In this document: positions 19,302 through 28,911 of the stretch, one piece after another | Position numbering within the stretch: the stretch's first letter is position 1 | Layout: every line of letters starts with the position of its first letter | Source of the DNA: Candidatus Enterousia sp. | Lineage (GTDB): Bacteria > Pseudomonadota > Alphaproteobacteria > Rs-D84 | DNA length: 64,000 nucleotides | Direction of reading: 5' to 3' | Assembly (NCBI GenBank): GCA_045613925.1 | Contig: JAZLBV010000011.1 | Location: forward strand, 73,632-137,631 | The notes under the pieces: generated by a model | What the model was told of the DNA's origin: nothing | The model's database searches: none | What the model saw: the letters and a program-made list of their open reading frames with translations, nothing else | Made by a program: the position numbers and the translations under genes

Positions 19302-21779
19302 CTAGAATTTATTATGTGATTTTACAAAACTGCGCATATATTCAGCATCAAAGTTTGTCATTATCTCTGACAAAGAATATTCGCGATAATTATTATCATA
19401 TATTGTTAATTCTATTGGGGCAGGTGATGGCGAAGTGCCACGCAAAACTAATTTTAATTTTGCAAACATTTTATTGTTTTTTATTTCAAAGTTGCCAATG
19501 ACGTCTGTGTGCCGCATTGATAGTGTTAATGGAACCGTTGTTTGTATGTCGCCCATATTGTAAGTTCCAATTATTCGCATTTGTTTTATTGGTGTTGAAC
19601 CACCATTTAATGCACGTGAAATCGCATATTCTGCGTTCAATATATTTATGTTTTGTGCGGATGCATAAAAATTTTCAGTCCCCAGACCATACAAAACGCC
19701 GCCATCAAATGTTGCATCAAATGTTCCTGTAAGATTGTTGATAATATCGTGGGCTATTTTACCGTATGTTTGCAATTTTATTTCTGCGGTAATAGACGAA
19801 TCTGAAACGTTTAATGGCATATCAGATTTTAATAATTTTTCATCCCATTTGAATTTATTTAATTGTATGTTGATTGCGTATTTTATATTGTCTTTGGTTA
19901 TGTTGGCCAATAAATTTCCACGATCTGAATCTGTTATAGAGAAAGTTTGTATATCAGGTTTTAATGAATACACAAAATTATTATATTTTTCGCCCTTGTA
20001 AATCAGCACTTTGGTTGATAATGATATTTTTGTATCTAAATCAAATGGTATAGTAATAGGGTCATTTATAAAAAACGACAAAGATTCAAAATTATCAACG
20101 AATTGTGGGGATATAAACGAATCAAGGTTTAAAAATTCTGATTTTAATGTTATTGAATCTTTTGTTGCAGAACCGACAAATTTATGTTGTGCAATTTGAA
20201 TTGTTAAATCTGAAATATTACCGTGTTCATAATTTCCGGATACAATGTACGATAAATTTTGAAGTGATTGTAAATCAAGTTTATCAAACCATTTTTTGAA
20301 ATTATCACCACTAATGTAAAAATAGTTATCTTTGATAGATAAATTCCACGTTTTTGAATCTGGTACAAAAATCATAGTGTTATCTTGCCAAATAAAATTT
20401 CCTGTTTCTGTTTTCATAAAATCGGGCAAAAATTGTAAATCTGGATTTATCCAATTAAGTTTTTTTCCAACAATGAAATTATATTTTACTGATGCTTTCC
20501 CATCAATTATATTCATTTTTCCAGACATATTTTTGAAATTAAAATTCACTATGCCGTTATTGCCAAATCTTTTTGTAGAATCTATGATTACTTGCAAATC
20601 TGGGATTGATTCATTTGAAGAAATTGTTGCAATAAATTTATTTTTTTGGACGTTTATATTGCCAAATATTTTGTTATCAAATGAAAATTTGCTGCACGAC
20701 CAATCGTTAGGAGTTCCGCTAAATTCACAGGTTGTTTCTTTTCCGTTTTCAAGAAAAGAGATTATTAAATTATGTGCGCCATTATAATCAATTATTCCGT
20801 CGGTTATGTTTATATCGTCTGCGGTTATTTTGTTTATTTTTATTTCTTTATTTGAACCGATAGTATTAACATATAAATGTTTGAATTTTTTATCCAAGAA
20901 TTTTATTTTTCCATAAAAATCCAGATTAAAAGATGCGTTCTTTAAAATTTCTGGGTCTTTTAATATGAAAGACATATCGTAATCAGCATTTTTGTTTGTT
21001 AATTTTATTATTTTGTATCCGTCGTTGTTTAAAATTATTGTTCCGCTGATACCGTTTGCGGATATGTTTGAAAATTCTAAACCATAAGCACCGTCCCAGA
21101 TTATGTCTGCCGTGATTGGAAAGCGAGCCGTGATTTTTGGTTTTTCAAATTCAAACCATCTATTAATGTCTTGGGCGTTTATATTTATATGTGCAACAGA
21201 CGTTCCATTTGGAAAAAGTGTTCCAGAAATACTTAAACTATTATTTTTATTTTTTATATCAAATTTGTTTTTTATTGATGTTATTTGATATCTATGTTGG
21301 TCGGTTTTTATGATTGCGTTAACACGCTCTTTGGATAAATTTGCAGAAATTATATCATATTCTTTGTTTAAGAATTTAATCTTGGAATCTTTGACAATTA
21401 CATTTGTGTTCAAATCAAATGGTGTTATCTTGTTCACAGATAAAGATGCGCCATTTATTGTCATTTTTCCAGATATGTCAGCAGTCGAAATATTGAATAT
21501 ACCAGATAACGGGATAGAAAATTCACACGATGATATAACCCCGTTTGGCACAGAGATATTATGGGCAATTATTGTGGTTTTTCCCAGTAAACTGAAATTA
21601 ACATTGCCGTGTATCTGGGCAGAAATTCCGGTTTGTTTAAATATAAAATCTTGGATTTTTGGTTTTAATGAATTTAAATGCCACATAGGTGGCACGATTA
21701 TCAGTGCAAATAAAACTGCGCCAATACTGGAAATTATTGTCCATAAGATTCTGCGTTTGTGTCTTGGTTTTAGTGGCAT
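19302..21779 (-). CDS. AsmA-family outer-membrane biogenesis protein
   Basis: N-terminal TM anchor followed by an ~800-aa beta-rich, Asn/Ser-rich periplasmic region. Confidence 0.75.
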   Translation of the reverse strand: MPLKPRHKRRILWTIISSIGAVLFALIIVPPMWHLNSLKPKIQDFIFKQTGISAQIHGNVNFSLLGKTTIIAHNISVPNGVISSCEFSIPLSGIFNISTADISGKMTINGASLSVNKITPFDLNTNVIVKDSKIKFLNKEYDIISANLSKERVNAIIKTDQHRYQITSIKNKFDIKNKNNSLSISGTLFPNGTSVAHININAQDINRWFEFEKPKITARFPITADIIWDGAYGLEFSNISANGISGTIILNNDGYKIIKLTNKNADYDMSFILKDPEILKNASFNLDFYGKIKFLDKKFKHLYVNTIGSNKEIKINKITADDINITDGIIDYNGAHNLIISFLENGKETTCEFSGTPNDWSCSKFSFDNKIFGNINVQKNKFIATISSNESIPDLQVIIDSTKRFGNNGIVNFNFKNMSGKMNIIDGKASVKYNFIVGKKLNWINPDLQFLPDFMKTETGNFIWQDNTMIFVPDSKTWNLSIKDNYFYISGDNFKKWFDKLDLQSLQNLSYIVSGNYEHGNISDLTIQIAQHKFVGSATKDSITLKSEFLNLDSFISPQFVDNFESLSFFINDPITIPFDLDTKISLSTKVLIYKGEKYNNFVYSLKPDIQTFSITDSDRGNLLANITKDNIKYAINIQLNKFKWDEKLLKSDMPLNVSDSSITAEIKLQTYGKIAHDIINNLTGTFDATFDGGVLYGLGTENFYASAQNINILNAEYAISRALNGGSTPIKQMRIIGTYNMGDIQTTVPLTLSMRHTDVIGNFEIKNNKMFAKLKLVLRGTSPSPAPIELTIYDNNYREYSLSEIMTNFDAEYMRSFVKSHNKF

Positions 21780-21850
21780 AATGTTTTTCTCTCTTTCCTT
21801 GTATTTTCATTATAAAGGATTATATTAAGGGATGTGAATAAAAAAATTAT

Positions 21851-23845
21851 ATGAATAAAAATAAAAGTGTTTTTTCGTTGGAATCTGATTATGCGCCTAT
21901 GGGGGACCAGCCAGGTGCAATATCTGATTTGGTTGCAGGCGTTTTGGATGGACGCAGGTCCCAGGTTTTATTGGGTGTGACAGGCTCTGGTAAAACCTTT
22001 ACGATGGCCAATGTTATTCAGCAATTATCACGCCCAACGATGATTATGGCGCCTAATAAAATATTGGCTGCGCAATTATATACGGAAATGAAATCTTTCT
22101 TTCCACATAATCACGTAGAATATTTTGTGTCTTTTTATGATTATTACCAACCAGAAGCTTATGTTCCTACAACCGATACATATATAGATAAAGATGCGGC
22201 TATAAATGAACAGTTGGACCGTATGCGGCATAGTGCAACGCGGGCTATGTTAGAAGAACGTGATGTTATAGTTGTTTCTTCGGTGTCGTCTATATATGGC
22301 ATAGGTGCCCCAGAACAGTATTCAGAAATGAAGTTGGCTTTGTCTGTGGGGGACAAGATTTCAGAGAAAGATGTTATGCGTGCTTTGGTGGATATTCAAT
22401 ATAAACGCAATGATATAGGTTTTACGCGTGGGGATTTTCGTGTTCGGGGTGATACGCTTGATTTATTTCCATCACATTCTTTGGACAGGGCGTGGAAATT
22501 GTCTTTCTTTGGTGATGAAATAGATGAAATATGGGAATTTGATACTTTGACAGGGGCAAAATTACAAAGATTAGACCGAATTGTTGTTTATCCAAATACA
22601 CATTATGCAACGCCTATGCCGTCTGTGATTCAGGCGTTATCGCATATACGTGAAGATTTAGATGAAAGATTGAAATATTTTCACGATAATATGAAATATG
22701 TTGAAGAACAAAGATTACGTGAACGTGTAAATTTTGATATAGAAATGATGGAATCAACTGGAACTTGTCGTGGAATTGAAAATTATTCACGATATATGAC
22801 TGGACGTTTGCCAGGACAGCCGCCACCAACACTTTTTGAATATTTACCAAAAGATGCGTTATTGTTTATAGATGAAAGCCATGTCAGTGTCCCGCAAATT
22901 GGTGCTATGGCACGTGGAGATCGTGCGCGCAAGGAAACGTTGGCGCAATATGGTTTTCGGTTGCCTTCGTGTGTTGATAACAGACCTTTGACATTTGACG
23001 AATGGAATAATTTGCGTCCGCAAACTATATTTGTTTCTGCTACGCCGGCACAGTGGGAGTTAGAACAGGCAAAAGGTATTGTGGCGGAACAGGTTATACG
23101 ACCAACTGGGTTATTAGATCCGGTGTGTGAAGTTCGTCCGACAACACACCAGGTGGATGATTTATTGGGTGAAGTGAAAAAAACATCAGGACGCGTTATT
23201 GTGACGACTTTGACCAAAAAAATGGCAGAACAATTAACAGATTATTTTGTTGAAAATGGTGTTCGGGCGCGGTATTTACATTCTGATATTGAAACATTAG
23301 AAAGAATTGATTTGTTGCGTGATTTGCGCCTGGGGAAATACGACGTTTTGGTCGGAATCAATTTGTTGCGCGAAGGTTTAGATGTTCCAGAATGTGAATT
23401 GGTTGCCATTATGGATGCAGATAAAGAGGGATTTTTGCGTTCTACGCGGTCGCTGATTCAAACCATAGGTCGTGCGGCGCGTAATGCAAATGGTCGTGTG
23501 ATTTTGTATGCTGATAAGATAACAGATTCTATGCAAGAGGCATTAAGCGAAACTGCACGTCGTCGTGAAAAACAGCAGAAATATAACAAGGAACACAATA
23601 TAACACCAAAGACTGTGTCTAAATCAATTTTTGAAGAAGTTAAAGAAGTTGCAGAAAAAACAGACAAAACTAAAAAATTTGTGTATAATAAAAACGGTGT
23701 GTGGGATGCAGTATCGCTTAAAAAAGAAATAAAAACTTTGACACAGAAAATGCATAAACACGCAGAAAATCTGGAGTTTGAAGAAGCTGCCGCGTTGCGA
23801 GATGCAATTCACAAAATGGAAAATGATTTATTATTATTGGAATAA
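21851..23845 (+). CDS. uvrB: excinuclease ABC subunit B
   Basis: Walker A GVTGSGKT, helicase motifs, and a C-terminal UVR domain (EEAAALRDAIHKME). Confidence 0.95.
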   Translation: MNKNKSVFSLESDYAPMGDQPGAISDLVAGVLDGRRSQVLLGVTGSGKTFTMANVIQQLSRPTMIMAPNKILAAQLYTEMKSFFPHNHVEYFVSFYDYYQPEAYVPTTDTYIDKDAAINEQLDRMRHSATRAMLEERDVIVVSSVSSIYGIGAPEQYSEMKLALSVGDKISEKDVMRALVDIQYKRNDIGFTRGDFRVRGDTLDLFPSHSLDRAWKLSFFGDEIDEIWEFDTLTGAKLQRLDRIVVYPNTHYATPMPSVIQALSHIREDLDERLKYFHDNMKYVEEQRLRERVNFDIEMMESTGTCRGIENYSRYMTGRLPGQPPPTLFEYLPKDALLFIDESHVSVPQIGAMARGDRARKETLAQYGFRLPSCVDNRPLTFDEWNNLRPQTIFVSATPAQWELEQAKGIVAEQVIRPTGLLDPVCEVRPTTHQVDDLLGEVKKTSGRVIVTTLTKKMAEQLTDYFVENGVRARYLHSDIETLERIDLLRDLRLGKYDVLVGINLLREGLDVPECELVAIMDADKEGFLRSTRSLIQTIGRAARNANGRVILYADKITDSMQEALSETARRREKQQKYNKEHNITPKTVSKSIFEEVKEVAEKTDKTKKFVYNKNGVWDAVSLKKEIKTLTQKMHKHAENLEFEEAAALRDAIHKMENDLLLLE

Positions 23846-23849
23846 AAAA

Positions 23850-24254
23850 ATGACGGAAAAAGTATATCTTTTGAATAATTTAGATGAAATGCATGAATTT
23901 GCGCGTGATTTTGCAAAAACTTTGCATGCACCACAAACCGTTGCGTTGCACGGTGATTTGGGTATGGGGAAATCAGAAATTGCACGCACGATAATTAAAA
24001 CTTTGCGCGGTGAAAATACTGTGGTGCCAAGTCCTACGTTCACATTGGTTCAAAGTTATGATGGAATTTCGCATTTTGATTTATACAGAATATCAGACGT
24101 TTCTGAATTGGAAGAAATAGGTTTGCCATACGCGATTGATAATGATATTACTTTGATTGAATGGCCGGAAATAGCAATGGATAAATTACCGCAAAATACA
24201 ATTCATATTTATATAACCCAAAATGGAAATGGACGTAAACTAGTGCTTCAATAA
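23850..24254 (+). CDS. tsaE: tRNA threonylcarbamoyladenosine biosynthesis protein TsaE
   Basis: GDLGMGKSEIARTII P-loop. About 135 aa. Starts just after the uvrB stop. Confidence 0.8.
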   Translation: MTEKVYLLNNLDEMHEFARDFAKTLHAPQTVALHGDLGMGKSEIARTIIKTLRGENTVVPSPTFTLVQSYDGISHFDLYRISDVSELEEIGLPYAIDNDITLIEWPEIAMDKLPQNTIHIYITQNGNGRKLVLQ

Positions 24255-26024
24255 ACTTTGGACTGCCAATGGGAAGTCAGGAGATTTTGCAAGATATGAA
24301 CCACTGACTAATAAATTTGCCCCAGCATTCCAGCATAATTTTGCAGTTTCTGGATTTATGCCCCCGTCGACACTTATTAAATATTTTAATCCGTGTTTTT
24401 TGCGTGTGTAATCTAACATTTTGATTTTCTGAAGAACGCGTGTGTCAAATTCCTGACCCGCCGCACCAGGCTGTACAGCCATAATCATAATTTCATCCAG
24501 ATCTTTTAATACAGGAACTAAAATTTCTACATTTGATTCAGGGTTTAATGCAATTCCACAACGTTTGCCAGATTTTTTTATTATGTTTATTGCATCACGA
24601 ACACCAGATGTGTTTGTTGATATTATAACCGTATCTGCACCGGCATTAATTGCGTCTGTGGCCCAGATTGCGGGGCTTTCTGTCATTAAGTGAACGTGCA
24701 AATGTGATTTTGTGTTTGTTCTTATTTTTGATAATTCGTCAATGCCACCTGCGATTTTATCAACGTAAAATCCATCCATTATGTCTACGTGTATCATAGA
24801 AATTCCGCCGGATGCAAACATTGTGTATGTTGCAGGATCGTTCATATTGAAACAAAGAGTGCTGGGCAAAATTGGGATGAATTTTTTCTTTTTCACAGTT
24901 TTTTTATGATGAAAAAGTTTAGTGATTTTTTTTGTAATGTTTTGAATTTTTTCCTGTTTTTGCATATATGCAGTACGTTCTGGTAATCTGGATTGCCAGA
25001 TGTATTCAGAAAGGGCGTTTATTGTGGCTGTTTCTGTCAGATTATCAACCGGTAAATTAAATGTACGTTCTAATAATATATTTATGTTTCGGATTGATGT
25101 GCCGCCACCAGATAAAATGATTTTTTCAGGTTTATATTGAGCAATGTATTTTTGCGATTCTTGGATGATGATGTTCAATAATTCTTTTAGTTTTGGAATA
25201 AATATATCATTTATATCTGCACGTGAAAATTTTGAAAATTTTTCAGATGATGCAGCCGGTGTAAATCTGTCCATTTCGTCTGGTAATGCGTTTGCAATTG
25301 ATATTTTTAAAGTATCTGCATCGTTTGTCCCGATTTGCAATCCCAATGCTAAGGCGTTTGTTATATCGTGTTGTCCAAATTTTATTTTATTAAAATACAG
25401 TGGGCCACGGTCTGTCCATATTGATACAGTCGTGAATTCTTCGCCAAGGTCTAAAAACAATACGCGTTCATTTTCGTGTCTGTAAACAGCATTTTGCAGA
25501 AATGATGGATCGAAAAATCCAGCAGATTGTATATGTGCACGTCGCATTATATCAGAGATATATCTGGTTTTTTCTTCTTCGTATGATATAACGCTGAATA
25601 TAGATTTTAATTGTGTTGATGTATGTCCAACAGGTGTATTTTTTATGTTTTTAATATTTGGTGTTCCATAAAAGACCGGGACTATGTGCATAGCATAAAA
25701 ATCAGCCGGGGGATTTATTTTTGCAATTTGATGACGTAAATCTAGTTGTGAAATTTTATGTTCATCATCCCAAGAAATAATATTTGAAACAGTTGAAAAA
25801 TCAGATGCACCAAAATTACCAGTTATAAACGCAGAATCAAAATGTGTGTTTAGTTGCTGTTCAAGTTCGTCTATAACGGTTTTTAATGCAAAGATAGTAT
25901 TTGTATTTTTTACAAAATGTGTTGCAGAATTAACAATTTTAGCATTTCGAATTTGGTGTGCAAACCCACGGACGCCGTATGTTCCTATGTCAAGGCACAA
26001 GAAAGATGTATTTGTCAAATTCAT
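24240..26024 (-). CDS. in-frame fusion: FtsA-like actin-fold cell-division protein (N, ~370 aa) + ribulose-phosphate 3-epimerase (C, ~220 aa)
   Basis: N-terminal part has FtsA/actin motifs (LCLDIGTYGVRGF, LFLDLGEEFTTVSIW, ILSGGGTSIRN). C-terminal part has Rpe motifs (ILPSTLCFN..HVDIMDGFYVD..SVDGGI). The linker is lysine-rich and encoded by poly-A tracts. Confidence 0.7.
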   Translation of the reverse strand: MNLTNTSFLCLDIGTYGVRGFAHQIRNAKIVNSATHFVKNTNTIFALKTVIDELEQQLNTHFDSAFITGNFGASDFSTVSNIISWDDEHKISQLDLRHQIAKINPPADFYAMHIVPVFYGTPNIKNIKNTPVGHTSTQLKSIFSVISYEEEKTRYISDIMRRAHIQSAGFFDPSFLQNAVYRHENERVLFLDLGEEFTTVSIWTDRGPLYFNKIKFGQHDITNALALGLQIGTNDADTLKISIANALPDEMDRFTPAASSEKFSKFSRADINDIFIPKLKELLNIIIQESQKYIAQYKPEKIILSGGGTSIRNINILLERTFNLPVDNLTETATINALSEYIWQSRLPERTAYMQKQEKIQNITKKITKLFHHKKTVKKKKFIPILPSTLCFNMNDPATYTMFASGGISMIHVDIMDGFYVDKIAGGIDELSKIRTNTKSHLHVHLMTESPAIWATDAINAGADTVIISTNTSGVRDAINIIKKSGKRCGIALNPESNVEILVPVLKDLDEIMIMAVQPGAAGQEFDTRVLQKIKMLDYTRKKHGLKYLISVDGGINPETAKLCWNAGANLLVSGSYLAKSPDFPLAVQSLLKH

Positions 26025-26710
26025 TTTCGTGTTGTTATCAAAATTCTGCGAGTGTCGCGCATATCTATTATATCCAATGCGCGTGATAATATTTTATGTG
26101 TTTGATTTAATAATGCTATTTTATTCACTGCGGCGGCTGGGTTTTCTTCGGGTAAATAGATTGTGATTCCTGTTTTTGTATGTATATCCCAACGTCTGGA
26201 TTCAACCATATTTATATAGTCTATGTATTCGGACAATCCAGAAACACTATTGATTATATCAGTCAAATCTTCGGGCAGGTCGCCACGAAAAACGATTGTG
26301 TTTTCATCTGCGTGTTCAGTTGGTGTGTCTATTTTTGTGCCGTCTGCAGATAATGGATAATACATTATACCATCAGACCACATTGCAACCGCAGTATATT
26401 GTTGGGTTTTTATAACTAAATCCCCATTTGGCAGACGCCGTGTAGCAGCGTTCTTTACACCTGGGACAGACATAACGCGATTGTTTATCTGACGTAAATC
26501 AACCGAACGTATCTGTGTTCCAGGTTTTATGCCAATTGCCATTTTTATGGGTTCCAGATCCACATCACGGGTATCACTTATTATTTCGATATGTTTTATG
26601 TGTGATACAGGACCACGGCCAATCTGACTGGTTATAATTCTGGTTGCAAAATATATCGCCAGAATAATTGACAGTATAAAATATATCCAAAAAAACAACG
26701 CTTTCTTCAT
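26021..26710 (-). CDS. ftsQ: cell division protein FtsQ (POTRA domain)
   Basis: N-terminal TM followed by a POTRA/FtsQ-type periplasmic domain. Lies immediately upstream of the ftsA-like gene with a 4-nt overlap. Confidence 0.75.
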   Translation of the reverse strand: MKKALFFWIYFILSIILAIYFATRIITSQIGRGPVSHIKHIEIISDTRDVDLEPIKMAIGIKPGTQIRSVDLRQINNRVMSVPGVKNAATRRLPNGDLVIKTQQYTAVAMWSDGIMYYPLSADGTKIDTPTEHADENTIVFRGDLPEDLTDIINSVSGLSEYIDYINMVESRRWDIHTKTGITIYLPEENPAAAVNKIALLNQTHKILSRALDIIDMRDTRRILITTRK

Positions 26711-26758
26711 AGTGAAGATTATACCATATTTTTAATAGATATCAAACAAGACGTGTTT

Positions 26759-27139
26759 TTATTTTCCGCGCAACAAATATCCGCGTCTTAGCATACATTT
26801 GCGGTAATATCCGGTTGTTTTAGATGCGGTATTAGGAGGAACAGACAGCAGGGCACGTTGTCCGACATCCCTGTATTCATTAGATTGAAATGTCACCCAT
26901 AATCCATCCCAATCTGGCATTTGTGCGCTTTGATTTGGTGATAACAGTTTTGCAAGACGGGATCGTGGTTCGTAATTGTGATCTTTTATCCCCAGGCAGG
27001 CTTTGTGATCGCGGACAAACTGTTCGGTTGTAACCGCATCGTTTTCCCAATTCAAAATAGTGGCATCATCTATTGAACCACGATTGACAGATGCACAAGC
27101 CGTTAATCCCAGGATAAAAAATAAATATTTCATTTTCAT
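26759..27139 (-). CDS. small lipoprotein, unknown function
   Basis: Signal peptide with lipobox LGLTAC. Confidence 0.4.
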   Translation of the reverse strand: MKMKYLFFILGLTACASVNRGSIDDATILNWENDAVTTEQFVRDHKACLGIKDHNYEPRSRLAKLLSPNQSAQMPDWDGLWVTFQSNEYRDVGQRALLSVPPNTASKTTGYYRKCMLRRGYLLRGK

Positions 27140-27214
27140 ACTTTCTATTATAATTTAATTGCGTTCGGGGGGCAATAGTTTTTATAATGTAAAAAACAGG
27201 ATAGGGAAAATATT

Positions 27215-27538
27215 ATGGCTATATCAATTAAAAACTATGTAAAACTGGCTAATTTTTATAATGAAATGGCACGGGTTTTGTCGGCTGTGTGTGTGGAAAA
27301 GGGTGGAATTCCACTTGAAAATTATGTTGGCAGATTTTTTGCAGCTGATGTTTTGGAATATATTGTTGAATATGGACATAGATTAAAAAAAGCTAAGGCG
27401 AATTTAACGCCAGAAGTTTTATCTGTGATGGGTTTATTTGAAAAACAATTTGAAAATGTAAAGGGTTTGGTGACACCCAACCAAAAACCTATATATGAAA
27501 TGACGTTGGAAGAGTTTGAAAAAATTATGAATATATAG
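27215..27538 (+). CDS. hypothetical protein (107 aa)
   Basis: ORF with upstream AGGGAAAA RBS-like sequence. Confidence 0.35.
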   Translation: MAISIKNYVKLANFYNEMARVLSAVCVEKGGIPLENYVGRFFAADVLEYIVEYGHRLKKAKANLTPEVLSVMGLFEKQFENVKGLVTPNQKPIYEMTLEEFEKIMNI

Positions 27539-27573
27539 TATAGATGTAAATTGGAAGACAAAAAGGAAGGAAA

Positions 27574-28902
27574 ATGGCAAAATTTAAACAATGTATTTTT
27601 TTATGCCTGGGGGTTTGTTGCTTGGTGGGGTGTGTGCAACAACCTGTGGAAGATATACCAGATTACGACACGATTAATGTTGTTGAAGATTTGGTTATAA
27701 ATGAAAAGTCGGTGCCTATTTTTCCTAAAAAGGCCGCTTTGACAACTGATACAGCACAAAGGTTTGCATTGGATTTGCCAAAACGTTGCCAGGTTGATTG
27801 GAATAACCAGAGTATTGTTTCTGTGGTTCCAGAAGAAAAAGTTGAAATCATCAGATTAGAAGCGGGTGATCCGTTGCCTGAATTAAAGGTTTCTGATTTT
27901 GAATTCAGAAAACTTTATGTCAAAGATGCTTTGGATATTTTATTGAAAGATACAGATATTACAGTGTTGGAAGATATTCCTGCGCTTGAAAAGGTGTCTG
28001 GATTAATTGCGACTAGTTCTTTGCAAGATGCTGTTGATTTGATAACTAAATTGGGACATGTATATTATTCGTATGATGCTGATTTCGGTGAGATACATTT
28101 AAGTGGTCGCGGTAAATGGCTGATAAAGATGCCGAAAGATGAAACAATGATAATGGCTATGTTGGATGCGATGCGTGGTGCAGATGTGCGGAATCTTTTG
28201 GTTAACTGGACAGATAAAACTGTTGTTTTCGAAGGCGATTATCAAACAGAACGCGAAGTTGCAAAAATAATATCTGATATCGCTGCCAAAGAATATGTGT
28301 TGGCGTGGGATGTAGATGTTTATCGTGTGTATCCAAAGACTGATAATCCGATTATTTGGATGAATATGTTACCTGCATTCGGAGATAAGAATATTCGTAT
28401 GTCTATTCCAGGGGTTGTTGGGCGTGCTTTGGTTGTTAGCCCAGAAATAAATACCAAGACTTTGCAAGAGTTTATATCTAAACAAGCTAGTATGGTTTTG
28501 GTGTCGCAGGGAACGTTTGCAATACCAAATGGTTGGCAATCCAGATTTGATATTGGTCAATGTGGTAAAGAAGACAGGCTTGAAACTGATTTGGTTATTG
28601 GTGCAACAGGAACATATGGCGATTATGCCGGATACAAGAAAATTGATTCTAAAATTGTGTTAAGTACAAGTAATGGTGAATTGTCTTCGTTCAAGATACC
28701 GTCAAGTGTTGGTGATAATTATGTTATTATTGGTATTCCAACACACGCGTTTGTGACGACACCTGAAACACTGATAACACCGTTTGCAGAATTGGTGATA
28801 TTTATGAGCCCGCGTTTAATATCTATTGTTGATGCGAATAATGGTGTGCAACGGATGACACCATTGTCAGGTGATGAATTAAGGAATTTTTTGAATCAAT
28901 AG
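27574..28902 (+). CDS. outer-membrane lipoprotein, tentative T4b-type lipoprotein secretin-like protein
   Basis: Lipobox LVGC. N-domain-like repeats. C-terminal ...VIIGIPTHAFVTTPETLITPFAELVIFMSPRLI resembles a secretin C-terminal signature. Confidence 0.35.
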   Translation: MAKFKQCIFLCLGVCCLVGCVQQPVEDIPDYDTINVVEDLVINEKSVPIFPKKAALTTDTAQRFALDLPKRCQVDWNNQSIVSVVPEEKVEIIRLEAGDPLPELKVSDFEFRKLYVKDALDILLKDTDITVLEDIPALEKVSGLIATSSLQDAVDLITKLGHVYYSYDADFGEIHLSGRGKWLIKMPKDETMIMAMLDAMRGADVRNLLVNWTDKTVVFEGDYQTEREVAKIISDIAAKEYVLAWDVDVYRVYPKTDNPIIWMNMLPAFGDKNIRMSIPGVVGRALVVSPEINTKTLQEFISKQASMVLVSQGTFAIPNGWQSRFDIGQCGKEDRLETDLVIGATGTYGDYAGYKKIDSKIVLSTSNGELSSFKIPSSVGDNYVIIGIPTHAFVTTPETLITPFAELVIFMSPRLISIVDANNGVQRMTPLSGDELRNFLNQ

Positions 28903-28911
28903 GATTATAAA

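Noticed and set aside
24850-24960. Separate rpe gene starting at the internal Met (MNDPATYTMF)
   Set aside because: Conserved Rpe beta-1 residues (IPILPSTLCFN) lie upstream of that Met in the same frame, and no stop separates them from FtsA. It is reported as a fusion with a homopolymer caveat.
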